Below, piece by piece: positions 42,480 to 52,603 of a DNA stretch of 64,000 nt (position 1 is the stretch's first letter; each line of letters opens with the position of its first letter). Location of the stretch: the NCBI GenBank assembly GCA_026770705.1, contig JANJGN010000016.1, forward strand, positions 87,792,001 to 87,856,000, given 5' to 3'. A program made the position numbers and the translations under genes. The notes below the pieces were generated by a model, which saw only the letters and a program-made list of their open reading frames with translations, had not been told where the DNA came from and made no database searches. The stretch is from Isurus oxyrinchus (taxonomy: Eukaryota).

Positions 42480-44400
42480 AATAGAGAGAGGGATGGAGGT
42501 CAATTAGGGGGAGAGGTGAAAGTCAATTAGAGAAGGGTTGGAGGTTAGATAGACAGAGAGATGGAGGTCAGGTAGAGAAAGGGATAGAGTTCAGACAGAG
42601 GGTTGGAGGTCAGATAGAGAGAGTGATGGAGGTCAGATAGACAGAGAGATGGAGGTCAGGTAGAGAAAGGGATAGAGTTCAGTCAGAGGGTTGGAGGTCA
42701 GATAGAGAGAGTGATGGAGGTCAGATAGACAGAGAGATGGAGGTTAGGTAGAGAAAGGGATATATATCAGATAGAGGGATGGAGTCATATAGAGAGAGGG
42801 GTGGAGGTCAGATAGAGAGAGGAATGAAGGGCTGAAATGCAGAGTGATGGTGGTCAGATGGAGCGAGGGATGGAGGTCAGGTGGACAGATGTCTGGAGCT
42901 CAGGTTGAGAGAGGGGTGGATGTTAGATAGGGATAGGTGTGGAGAACAGGAAGAGAGAGAGATGTAGGTCAGATAGAGAGAGGGATGGAGTCAGATAGAG
43001 AGAGAGATGGAGGTCTGAAACGCAGAGGGATGGAGTCAGATAGAGAGAAGGATGGAGTCAGATAGAGAGGGGGATGAAGGTCAGATAGAGAGAGGGATGG
43101 AGCTCAGATAGAGAGAGGGATGGAGTCAGATAGAGAGAAGGATAGAAGGCAGATAGAGAGAGGGATGGAGTCAGATAGAGAGAAGGATAGAGGGCAGATA
43201 GAGAGAGGGATGGAGGTCTGTAATGCAGAGTGATGGAGTTCAGATAGAGAGAGGGATGGAGTCAGATAGAGAGAGGGATGGAGTCAGATAGAGAGAGGAA
43301 TGGAGGTCTGATAGAGAGAGGGATGGAGTCAGATAGAGAGAGGGATGGAGTCAGATAGAGAGAGGGATGGAGTCAGGTAGAGAGAGAGATGGAGTCAGAT
43401 AGAGAGAGGGATGGAGTCAGATAGAGAGAGGGATGGAGTCAGATAGAGAGAGGGATGGAGGTCAGATAGAGAGAGGGATGGAGTCAGATAGAGAGAGGGA
43501 TGGAGTCAGGTAGAGAGAGGGATGAAGGTCAGGTAGAGAGAGGGATGGAGGTCAGATAGAGAGACGGACGGAGTCAGGTAGAGAGAGGGATGGAATCAGA
43601 TAGAGAGAGGGATGGAGTCAGATAGAGAGAGGGATGGAGTCAGACAGAGAGAGGGATGGAGGTCAGATAGAGAGAGGGATGGAGTCAGATAGAGAGAGGG
43701 ATGGAGTCAGATAGAGAGAGGGATGGAGGTCTGAAGCGCAGAGTGATGGAGGTCAGATGGAGTGAGGGATGCGGTCAGGTGGAGAGATGGCTGGAGGTCA
43801 GGTAGAGAGAGGGATGGAGTCAGATAGAGAGAGGGATGGAGTCAGATAGAGAGAGGGATGGAGGTCTGAAACGCAGAGTGATGGAGGTCAGATGGAGCGA
43901 GGGATGCGTTCAGGTGGAGAGATGGCTGGAGGTCAGGTAGAGAGAGGGGTGGAGTTCAGAAGGGAGAGGGGTGGAGGACAGGTAGAGAGAGGGGTGGAGG
44001 TCAGAAGGGAGAGGGGTGGAGGACAGGTAGAGAGAGAGATGGAGGTCAGTTAGAGGGATGGCAGGAGTACAGATAGAGAGTAGGCTGGAGATCAGAAAGA
44101 GAGAAGAGTAGAGGTCAGATGGAGAGAGGGATGGAGGTTGGAGAGAAAGACGGATGGAGGTTAGAGAGAAAGACGGATGGAGGTCAGACAGAGAGAGGAA
44201 TGAAGATCAGATAGAGAGAGGGATGGAGGTCAGAACGAGAGACAAATGGAGCTCAGAGCGAGAGAGGGATGGAGGTTGGATAGAGAGTGGGATAGAGGTC
44301 AGATAACTACAGGGATGGAGGTCAGAGAGAGAGAGATGGAGGTCAGATAGAGAGAGGGATGGAGAGCTGTTCAGGAGAGAGATGGAGCTCGGATACACCA
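42480..44400. repeat. Purine-rich degenerate 21-22-bp tandem repeat
   Basis: Unit approximately GAGAGAGGGATGGA(G)GTCAGATA; most homogeneous at ~43230-43860. Confidence 0.92.
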
Positions 44401-44404
44401 GGGG

Positions 44405-44965
44405 TGAAGCTCAGTGAGGTGTGTATCTGAGAGGAAGGTCGGACACTCAGAGGGAGGGATGGAGATCAGGGAGGTGTGTATCTGAGAGGAAGTTCGGTCA
44501 CTCAGGGAGAGGGATGGTGATCAGGGAGGTGTGTATCTGAGAGGAAGTTCGGTCACTCAGGGAGAGGGATGGAGATCAGGGAGGTGTGTATCTGAGAGGA
44601 AGGTGGGACACTCAGAAGGAGGGATGGAGATCAGGGAGATGCGTATTTGAGAGGAAGGTCGGACACTCAGAGGGAGGGATGGAGATCAGGGAGGTGTGTA
44701 TCTGAGAGGAAGTTCGGTCACTCAGGGAGAGGGATGGTGATCAGGGAGGTGTGTATCTGAGAGGAAGGTGGGACAATCAGAAGGAGGGATGGAGATCAGG
44801 GAGATGCGTATTTGAGAGGAAGGTCGGACACTCAGAGGGAGGGATGGAGATCAGGGAGGTGTGTATCTGAGAGGAAGGTCAGACACTCAGAGGGAGGGAT
44901 GGAGATCAGGGAGATGTGTATCTGAGAGGAAGGTCGGACACTCAGAGGGAGGGATGGAGATCAGG
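44405..44965. repeat. 55-bp purine-rich minisatellite, about 10 copies
   Basis: Unit GGGAGGGATGGAGATCAGGGAGGTGTGTATCTGAGAGGAAGGTCGGACACTCAGA; GTGTATCTGA recurs at 44421, 44476, 44531. Confidence 0.93.
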
Positions 44966-45094
44966 TGGAACGAGGTTACTGTCCAGTCTCTCCACCTGTG
45001 CTGCAGTTTGGTGTAGACTAACCTGTTGCTCTGTAGATCCCGGTTAATGCAATCCCCTTGCTCCCTGCCTTTCCACCTCTCTCAAACCACACCA

Positions 45095-45290
45095 CCACTT
45101 CTTCCCTGTAGGGAATGGGATTGAGCCAGTAACCCAGAGGAGATGAGTTCAAATCCCAGGATGGGAAATAGTGAAATGGAATTGGATAAATCTGATCATT
45201 TGTGTTCTGGCTGCAGAAATTGTCCATAAATCCTGCTGGATTGCTGTAAAACACAAGGGACTCAGTGAGGGAAGCTGCCGGTCTCACCCT
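45095..45290 (+). mobile_element. Decayed tRNA-derived SINE fragment
   Basis: B-box GAGTTCAAATCCC (~45144-45156); patchy similarity to the SINE head at 48365-48670. Confidence 0.6.
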
Positions 45291-45560
45291 GTCACTCTCT
45301 ACCCTGTCAATCACTTTAAGAATTTTATATATTTCAATGGGATCACCTCTCATTCTTCTAAACTCCAGGGAATAATGTCCCATTCTACTCAATCTCTCCT
45401 CATCGGACAATCCCCTCATCCCAGGAATCACTCTGGGGAATCTCTGCTGCACTCCTTCCAAGGCTGGTATATCCTTCCTTAGGTAAGGAGACCGAATCTG
45501 TACACAGTAATCCATGTGTGGTCTCACCAAGGTCCGATAGAATTATAGTAAGACTTCTTC
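45290..45560 (-). mobile_element. CR1 RT C-terminal fragment
   Basis: VRPHMDYCVQIRSPYLRKDI.ALEGVQQRF..LEFRRMRGD.IE.YKIL (ORF 45018-45530). Confidence 0.88.
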
Positions 45561-45589
45561 ACTCTGACAGGTACAGGAGCTGACACAGA

Positions 45590-46010
45590 GTCTCTCTCTC
45601 TCTCACACTAACCCATCCCTCTCCCTCTCACTCTCTCTATCTCTCTCTCTCTTTCAATCTCTGTCGCTCTCTCCATCTCCCTCCCTATCACTCACACTAA
45701 CTCATTCATCTCATCCCTCTCTCTCACTCTCTCTCTCACTCTCTCTCTCTTTCTCAATCTCTGTCGCTCTCTCCATCTCCCTCTCACTCACACTAACCCA
45801 TCCCTCTCTCCCGCTCTCTCGCTCTCTCTATCTCACTCTCTCTCTCTCTCTCTCTCTCAAACTCTCTATGTCGCTCTCCCTCTATATCTAACTCTCCATC
45901 TCATCCTCTCTCTCTCTATCTCTCTGCCTCTCTCTCCATCTCTCTGTCTCTCTCTCACTCTCTCACTCTCTCTCCCCCTCTCTCTCTCTCACTCTCTCTC
46001 AATCTCTATC
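45590..46010. repeat. CT-rich low-complexity/microsatellite tract
   Basis: Imperfect (CT)n with internal duplications such as CACACTAACCCATCCCTCT. Confidence 0.9.
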
Positions 46011-46639
46011 CTGCCTTGTCCCTCTGTAGATGTTCTCTGGGTGTGAGTGTGTAATATAAGGGGGTGTTTGTCAGTATATTTTCGATGCTCTATGGTTTCT
46101 GAGCATGGTGGGAGGGGATCAGGGCTCTGTTCTTTGACGTGACGCAGTGATATCTGTCCCAGTGTCTCAGACTGTGATGCTGTTGTTTTCTGTGACTGAC
46201 GCTATGATATTGATTGTAATCTCACTCAGTGTGACACGAGGTTACATGTCTTGATCAGTGGTGAGGGAGGAGCAGACTGAACAAGGAGCTGCAATCATCA
46301 GTCACTGCCGAAATCCTTCACACAGCCCGCACACTCCGCAAACTTCTTCACTAAATATTCTTTCAGCTCCTTAATGAGAGGCCTGGAGCTGAAAAGGGAA
46401 AAAGAGAAAGACATCTTTTCGAGAGGCTCATGGACACAATGTACACTGTACATTACCCACTAATGACACTCTGTCTACATTTAACTCATTGTTTAAGCTC
46501 CAGCCCACCTCCTGTTCCCATCCATATGTTTCAGTCAAGGAGCCTGATAAGCCTCTAGCACAGGAGGAGGCCATTCAGCCCCTTGTGTCTGTGCTAGCTG
46601 TGCACTCGGATCATTCAGAACTAACCTCTCAGTTTAATG

Positions 46640-47700
46640 TCTGTAATGGGGAAGTGACTGGAACCTGTTATTAGAGACAGAATGAGTGATAAATATGAAC
46701 TGATCAGAGAGAGTCAGCATGGATTTAAAAAGGATCAGACATCTTTAACTAACCTGGTTACATTTTTTAAGGAGGTCACTAATGTGGTAGATCAGGGAGA
46801 GTCTTTTCTATTGATATAGATTTCCAGAAGACATTCGAGAAGGTTCAACATGAGAGACTGTGAATAATAATGGAAGCAGATGGAATTTGAGGAAACCTGT
46901 TGCCATGGATGAGGAACTGGTTAGGAGGCAGGAGACAGAGAGTAGGGATAATGTGTATGTGCTCCAATGAGCAAGATGTGAATAGTGATGTCCCCAGGGA
47001 TCTGTGCTGGAGCCTCAGCTTTTCACAATATTTATCAATGATTTGGATGAAGAAATAGAGAGCCATATATCCAAGATTGCTGACGACACTAAGTTAGGCG
47101 GCTTGGAGGAGGTTACAGAGATGGGGAGTGTCGAGGACTGAGAGGGATTTGAGAACAAGGATGAGAATTTTAAAATCGAGACATTGCTGGGCTGGGAGGT
47201 CAGTGAGTACAGGGGGTGATGGGTGAACGGGACTTGGTGTGAGTTCAGATCCGGGCAGCAGAGTTTGGGATGAGCTCATGTTTACGGAGTGTGGAAGGTG
47301 TGACTCCGGCCAGGGCAGCATTGGAATCGTCACGTTTCAGGGAACAAAGACATGGAGGAGATTCTCAGCAGCAGATGGTCTGAGGCAGGCCGGACTCGGG
47401 CGATGTTACCGAGGTGGAAATAGGCTCTCTTAGTGATGGAGCGGATGATGTGGTCAGAAGCTCATCTCAGGGTCAAACTGGACACCATGGCTGTGAACTG
47501 TGTGGTTCAGTGTCAGACAGACCCAGGGAGAGGGATGGAATCGGTGATGAGGGAACAGAGTTTGTGATGGGGACTGAAGACAATGGCAAATGGAGCTCAA
47601 CGTGGGGAGTGTGAAATCATCCACTTTGGACCGAAGAAAGATGGATCAGAGTAATTTGTAAATGGTGAGATGCTGGCAGCTGTGGAGGAGCAGAAAGATG
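46640..47700 (+). mobile_element. Decayed CR1 RT fragment interrupted by an opposite-strand L2 fragment (~47100-47580)
   Basis: [37 protein letters not shown] ends at ~47101 and resumes as WQMELNV..CEIIHFG at ~47584. The intervening DNA resembles the L2 at 31930-32420. Confidence 0.8.
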
Positions 47701-47859
47701 AGGCCAAGGTTGTGAAGAGTCTGGTTCAGCAGCAGACAGTGCTCAGGGAGAGGGATGGAGTTTGTATCGGGAGCTGAAGATGATGGCTTTGATCTTCCCA
47801 ATGTGTTTCCCAGTGAGCCTGCCTCCTCAGTCCTGACTGCTCTTAGCTGCTGTTCTTTT

Positions 47860-48000
47860 CACTGATTGGACAGTTATTATTACAGATTCAGACCACAGCA
47901 GAAACCCCCAGTGTAAAAAATAACTGCAAAGATTGTCCGATCGCAAGACTGAATCGTAACCAAGAGAGGAAGTGAAAGAAGGAGCTCAGAGCAGCTGGAT
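47860..48000. promoter_or_regulatory. Candidate B-cell enhancer (CCAAT, RUNX, EICE, E-box)
   Basis: Island between retroelements with ACCACA 47892-47897, GGAAGTGAAA 47968-47977 and CAGCTG 47992-47997. Motif evidence only. Confidence 0.35.
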
Positions 48001-48045
48001 GTTTGTTACTGACACGGGAGAAAACTGTGAACCGTGTCCACTACC

Positions 48046-48180
48046 TAGAATCTTACAGCACAGAAGGAGGCCATTCAGCCCATCCTGCCTGTGAGTTACC
48101 CAGTGAGTCCCACTCCCCCTCTCTGTCCCCATAACCCAGCAAATCTTTCCTTTTCAGGTAGATCTCCAATTCCCTCTTGT
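48046..48180 (-). mobile_element. CR1-type 3' tail fragment
   Basis: Reverse complement reads GATGGGCTGAATGGCCTCCTTCTGTGCTGTAAGATTCTA. Confidence 0.7.
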
Positions 48181-48364
48181 AGACCTGGGTCCACAGCTCA
48201 AGACTGTCTCGAACCTGGGCTCGAAATTGGCATCTCATTCATTCATTGGAAGACAAAATGCCCGGAGTGGGAAATGGAGCTCAGAACTCCAAACATTCCC
48301 TCTCCCCTCCTGAGGGACACTTCATGCTGGGATACATTTCGATGGAATCCGGGAGCACAACATG

Positions 48365-49210
48365 GGGGAGGCTGTGGGGTAGCGGCAATGTTACTGGACC
48401 AGTAATCCAGAGGCCCAGGGTAACGCTCTGGGGTCACACTTTCAAATCCCACCCTGGCAGCTGGTGGAATTTAAATTCAATTAATAAATCCAGAATTAAA
48501 AGTTAGTCTCAGTCACGGTGACCATGAAACCATTGTCGATTGATGTAAAAACCCATCTGGTTCACTCATGTCCTTTAAGGAAGGAAATCTGCTGTCCTTA
48601 CCTGGTCTGGCCTACATGTGACTCTAGACCCACAGCAATGTGGTTGACTCTTCACTGCCTCTGAAATGTCCTCCCATTTGTACCAAACCGCTATGAGGTC
48701 TAAAAGGAATGAAAGCAGACGGACCACCCACCATTGATCTAGACACTGGAAACGACAACAGCAAACTCAGCCCTGTCCACCCTGCAAAGTCCTCCTGACT
48801 GACATCTAGGGACTAGTGCCAAAATTGGGAGAGCTGTCTCACAGACTAGTCAAGCAACAGCCTGACAGAGTCATCCTCACGGAATCATACCTTACAGATA
48901 ATGTCCCGGACACCACCATCACCATCCCACCAGCAGGACAGGTCCAGCACAGGTGGTGACACAGTGGTATACAGTCAGGAGGGAGTTGCCCTGGGAGTTA
49001 TCAACATCAACACCCAACCCCATGAAGTCACATGGCATCAGGTCAAACATGGGCAAGGAAACCTCCTGCTGATTACCACGTACTGCCCTCCCTCAGCTGG
49101 TGAATCAGTGCCCCTCCATGTTGAACATCACTTGGAGGGAGGACTGAGAGTGGCAAAGGCACAGAATGTACTCAGTGTGGAGGACTTCAACGTGCATCAC
49201 TAAGAGCTGC
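48365..49210 (+). mobile_element. tRNA-derived SINE-like head joined to a LINE AP-endonuclease fragment
   Basis: A-box-like TGGGGTAGCGG 48375-48385 and B-box-like TTCAAATCCC 48441-48450. From ~48800: DI*GLVPKLGELSHRLVKQQPDRVILTESYL, then in a shifted frame DRSSTGGDTVVY..ITTYCPPS..VEDFNVHH (APE motifs). Confidence 0.8.
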
Positions 49211-49289
49211 TCAGTGTGTTGAAGCCTCGACCTGATAGCAGGATATTTGACTGCAGGAGCCATCACCACTGAGCATAATTCTCTCATCG

Positions 49290-49930
49290 ACAACGTGAAT
49301 TTTTATAGTGCCTTAACATAAAAAACATCCCAAGGGGTTTCAGAGAGCTGCAGTAAGAGGAACGGGGGAGGGGATGATGGGACTTTAGGAAGAGGGATCG
49401 AAGTCTTAGGTGAAAGGATGGAGTTTGATGGAGGAGAGAGAAGCCTGGAGAGGGGGAGGGATTAAGGCAGGAATTCAGGGAGCTGGGCCTAGGCGTCTGA
49501 AGGCTCTGCTGTCAATGTTGGGATGAATGAAGCAGCGATGGGCAGGAGAGCAGAGTCAGAAGGTGGAAGGGTGAGGGAGGGAATGTGAGTCTGCAGCAGA
49601 ACACAGAGGTAGGGAGGAGCGAGGCCATGGAGTGCATTGGAGGGCAGTGAGGTCAGGGGTTACAGGTCAGTGAGGTCAGGGATAATGTAGGAACAACACT
49701 TCATGTGGCACAGGGTATGGAATGCTGCATTTCGGACAGTTGGGATTTATGGAGCGTGGATGAAGGAAGCCGGGAGAGGACATCGGAATAATGGAGTCAG
49801 GAGGCGAGACAAACAGGGATAAGGGTTTCTGTGGTCAAGGGGCTGATGTAGTGCAGAGACGGACAATGTTGTGGAGATGGAAATGAGAGGCTTACGGGAT
49901 GGAGAGATGTGGAGTTTGAAGCTCAGATAC
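49290..49930 (-). mobile_element. Highly decayed L2-type LINE 3' end
   Basis: TTTATAGTGCCTTAACATAAAAAACATCCCAAGG resembles the reverse-complemented L2 tail; body resembles the other L2 fragments in the window. Confidence 0.55.
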
Positions 49931-50094
49931 TGGGGGCCCAATGGGAAGGAGGCCCATGTTTACTGGTCCCTATTGGAGGCTCCAGTGGGAAGGAGGCCCA
50001 TGTTTACTGGTCTCTATTGGAGGGTCCAGTGGGACATGGACACCATGGTTGATGTGTGGGACAGTTCCTTGTTGTCAATGTGTGATTGTCCACC

Positions 50095-51090
50095 TTTGAA
50101 TAAGTCACAAGCAAGGTGGATAAAGGGGAAACTGTAGATGTGGTGTACACGGAATTTTTAAATGCATTTGATAAGGTGACACATCAAACATTGCTGCATA
50201 AGATGAGAGCTCATGGGCCAGGATTTTGCTCTCGTCGGGTGAACTCGGTGGGGGTGAGAGTGGGCGTTCAGGAAGCCGACCACTGCCTGTGATTGGAGCC
50301 TGAGCGGGATTTCACAAAGGCGAGCCAATTAAAGCCCTCCCAGCGTGAACCATGTGCTACAGCGCTCAGCGCTGCCTGTGTCGGGAGGAGGGAGGGAGGG
50401 GGGTAAGCGGAGAGCTTTGTGCATGAGTGCGAGTGTGCACAGGAAAAGCTCCCTGAGGCACGGAGCGGCCTGTAAGGTAGCTCAATGTGTCGATCTCATC
50501 AAGATGGGTAGGAATGTAATTTGTTAAGAGGAGGTAGGGAGTCTGCAAAGGGATATGGACAGGTTAAGTGAGAGGACAACAATTTGTCAGATGGAGCGTA
50601 ATGTGTGAAAATGTGAACTTGGCAGGAAGAATACAAAAGCAGGATATTATTTAAATGGAGAGAGATCCTGCAGAACTCTGCGATCCAGAGGGATCTGGGT
50701 GTCCTGGTGCATGAATCACAAAAAGTTGGTTTGCAGATGCAGCAAGTGATTCGGAAGGCACATGGAGTGTTGGAGTTTGTTGCAAGGGGAATGGAATATA
50801 AACATAAGGAAGTTTTACTGCAGCTGTACAGGGACATTGGTGAGACCACATCTGGAGCAGTGTGTACAGTTTTGGTCTCCTTATTTGAAAAAGGATATAA
50901 TTGCGTTTGAAGCAGTTGAGAGAAGGTTCATTCGGCTCACTCCTGGGATGAGGGGTTTATTTCATGAAGGCAGGTTGGACAGGTTGGGACTCCAGTCAGT
51001 GCAATGGAGAAGAATGAGAGGGGATCTTATTAAAACATATAAAATCCTGAAGGGATTTGATAGATTGGATTCCAGGAGGTTGACCCCACT
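50095..51090 (+). mobile_element. CR1 RT fragment with a GC-rich insertion (~50215-50500)
   Basis: VDKG.TVDVVY..F.NAFDKV; LQRDMDRLSE; LVRPHLEQCVQFWSPYLKKDI..RGDLIKTYKILKG (ORF 50762-51115). Confidence 0.85.
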
Positions 51091-51096
51091 TCTCAG

Positions 51097-51360
51097 GAGA
51101 GAGAAAAATGAGTAGGTGGAGGGACAAAGAAAGAGAGACAGAAAGTTAGGGAGAAAGAGAGAGAAAGAGTGAGAGGGAGAGAGAGGGAAAGGAAGAGAAG
51201 GGGAGGGAGAGAGAGAGCAAACAAGGAGAGTGAGACAAAAAGAACAAGACAAGGAGACAGGCAGAACGAGAGGGAGAGAGAGACAGGGAGTGACGGACAG
51301 AGAGAGGGAGAGATAGAGAGAGAGTGATGGACAGATACTGAGAGAGGGAGGGAGAGAGTT
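51097..51360. repeat. GA-rich low-complexity tract directly upstream of the V promoter
   Basis: Almost pure purine (GA)n-like sequence. Confidence 0.9.
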
Positions 51361-51365
51361 GAAGA

Positions 51366-51460
51366 GGAAGTGAAAGGTGCTGACGTGGTTCTCTCTGGGT
51401 GATACCATTTACATACTGAGGAACAGCCAGTGAGACTCTGACAGGCTGCAGCTGTATAAA
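51366..51460 (+). promoter_or_regulatory. Ig light-chain V promoter: EICE, CRE-like site, variant octamer, E-box, TATA
   Basis: GGAAGTGAAA 51366-51375; TGACGT 51381-51386; ATTTACAT 51407-51414 (1 mismatch to ATTTGCAT, light-chain orientation); CAGCTG 51449-51454; TATAAA 51455-51460, about 60 bp before the ATG. Confidence 0.8.
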
Positions 51461-51520
51461 GCTGAGCCCAGTGAAGGGAGAGTTTATCAGTGACCAGGCA
51501 CAGGGACAGGAGCAGACACC

Positions 51521-51569
51521 ATGATTTCAGCCATCCAGCTGATCTGGCCTCTGGCATTCTGCATCGCAG
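51521..51569 (+). CDS. IGKV: Ig kappa-type light chain leader exon (MISAIQLIWPLAFCIA-G)
   Basis: ACACC-ATG context, hydrophobic 16-codon peptide, phase-1 donor G|GTAC at 51570; splices in frame to the V exon. Confidence 0.93.
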
Positions 51570-51755
51570 GTACAAATCTCTCTCCTTCCACCGTGAATAT
51601 TGTCCTGCTCTCCATTTCCATCCAATTCGACTGACTTGTGATTGAAGGGAAAATGCTGAAAGCAGAGGAACGGTCACTGTCTCTAACAATATCTCATTTT
51701 ACAGGCTCTTTGTGTGACAGTTCTTACTTCACACTGTTTCTCTATTACCCCTCAG

Positions 51756-52050
51756 GTATCAGTGGGGACATCACCATGAAACAGCCTCCCCTGGTGTCAG
51801 TGAGCCTGGGCCAGACCGCCACCATCACCTGTACGGCCAGTCAGTCTGTTAGCAGCTATGTTGCTTGGTACCAGCAGCGAGAAGGACAGAAACCGACTCT
51901 CCTGATCTATGATGCAACAACTCGATTCACAGGAACATCCGAGCGATTCACCGGCAGTGGATCTGGCACTCAATTCACCCTGACAATCAGCAATGTACAG
52001 AATGAGGATGTCGCTGATTATTACTGTCAGCAAACTGACAGCTCCCCCTA
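51756..52050 (+). CDS. IGKV: Germline V segment, Ig kappa-type (shark type III/NS4-like) light chain
   Basis: Polypyrimidine tract and CTCAG acceptor; (G)[97 protein letters not shown]; conserved Cys, Trp and YYC; no stops. Confidence 0.98.
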
Positions 52051-52078
52051 CACAGTGATACAGAGCCTGACAAAAACC
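52051..52078 (+). other. 12-bp-spacer recombination signal sequence (V)
   Basis: Perfect CACAGTG (52051-52057), 12-bp spacer, perfect ACAAAAACC (52070-52078). V12/J23 is the kappa configuration. Confidence 0.98.
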
Positions 52079-52267
52079 TCAATACACACAGCACCACCTC
52101 CTGTACTGACACATCCCACAGTTATATAGAATATATAATAATGGTCACTTTACCTCTTACCTTACATGTCCACATATGAAGAGTGGCTGAAAGATTTATC
52201 ATATAAAATTGGGATTCTCAATTCTCCCAACAAAAAAAAGGCATTGAGAGGAAGAGAGAGGGAAAGA

Positions 52268-52543
52268 GAGAGTGTTAAAGGTGAGTGTGAGTGAGAGACA
52301 GAGAGAGGGTGAGAGTGAGTTAAAGGTGAGTGTGAGTGAGAGACAGAGAGAGGGTGAGAGTGAGTGAAAGGTGAGTGTGAGTGAGAGACAGAGAGAGGGT
52401 GAGAGTGAGTTAAAGGTGAGTGTGAGTGAGAGACAGAGAGAGGGTGAGAGTGAGTTAAAGGTGAGTGTGAGTGAGAGACAGAGAGAGGGTGAGAGTGAGT
52501 TAAAGGTGAGTGTGAGTGAGAGACAGAGAGAGGGTGAGAGTGA
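52268..52543. repeat. 45-bp minisatellite, about 6 copies, in the V-J interval
   Basis: Unit GAGTGAGTTAAAGGTGAGTGTGAGTGAGAGACAGAGAGAGGGTGA; copies nearly identical. Confidence 0.95.
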
Positions 52544-52564
52544 CTGAATGAAGCAGAGAGCTGA

Positions 52565-52603
52565 GGTTTTTGTACAGCCCCTGCACTGGAATCTCTCAGT
52601 GTG
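52565..52603 (-). other. 23-bp-spacer recombination signal sequence (J)
   Basis: GGTTTTTGT (52565-52573), 23-bp spacer, CAGTGTG (52597-52603; reads CACACTG on the minus strand, 1 mismatch with the critical CAC intact). Confidence 0.96.

Noticed and set aside
44405-44965. Relationship between this 55-bp minisatellite and the main 55-bp satellite
   Set aside because: Same period but no convincing sequence similarity on either strand.
46020-46330. Second promoter or V pseudogene near TGACGTGACG
   Set aside because: No leader, Ig framework motif or RSS found nearby on either strand.
48375-48450. Functional tRNA gene
   Set aside because: A/B boxes are degenerate, no cloverleaf is evident, and the sequence continues into a SINE/LINE body.
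51638-52129. 163-aa ORF as a single-exon protein
   Set aside because: It is intron plus V exon plus RSS read-through; the real structure is a spliced leader and a V requiring V-J recombination.
52051-52603. Germline-joined VJ gene or a D segment
   Set aside because: V and J are separate with intact 12- and 23-RSS; no additional RSS pair seen between them.
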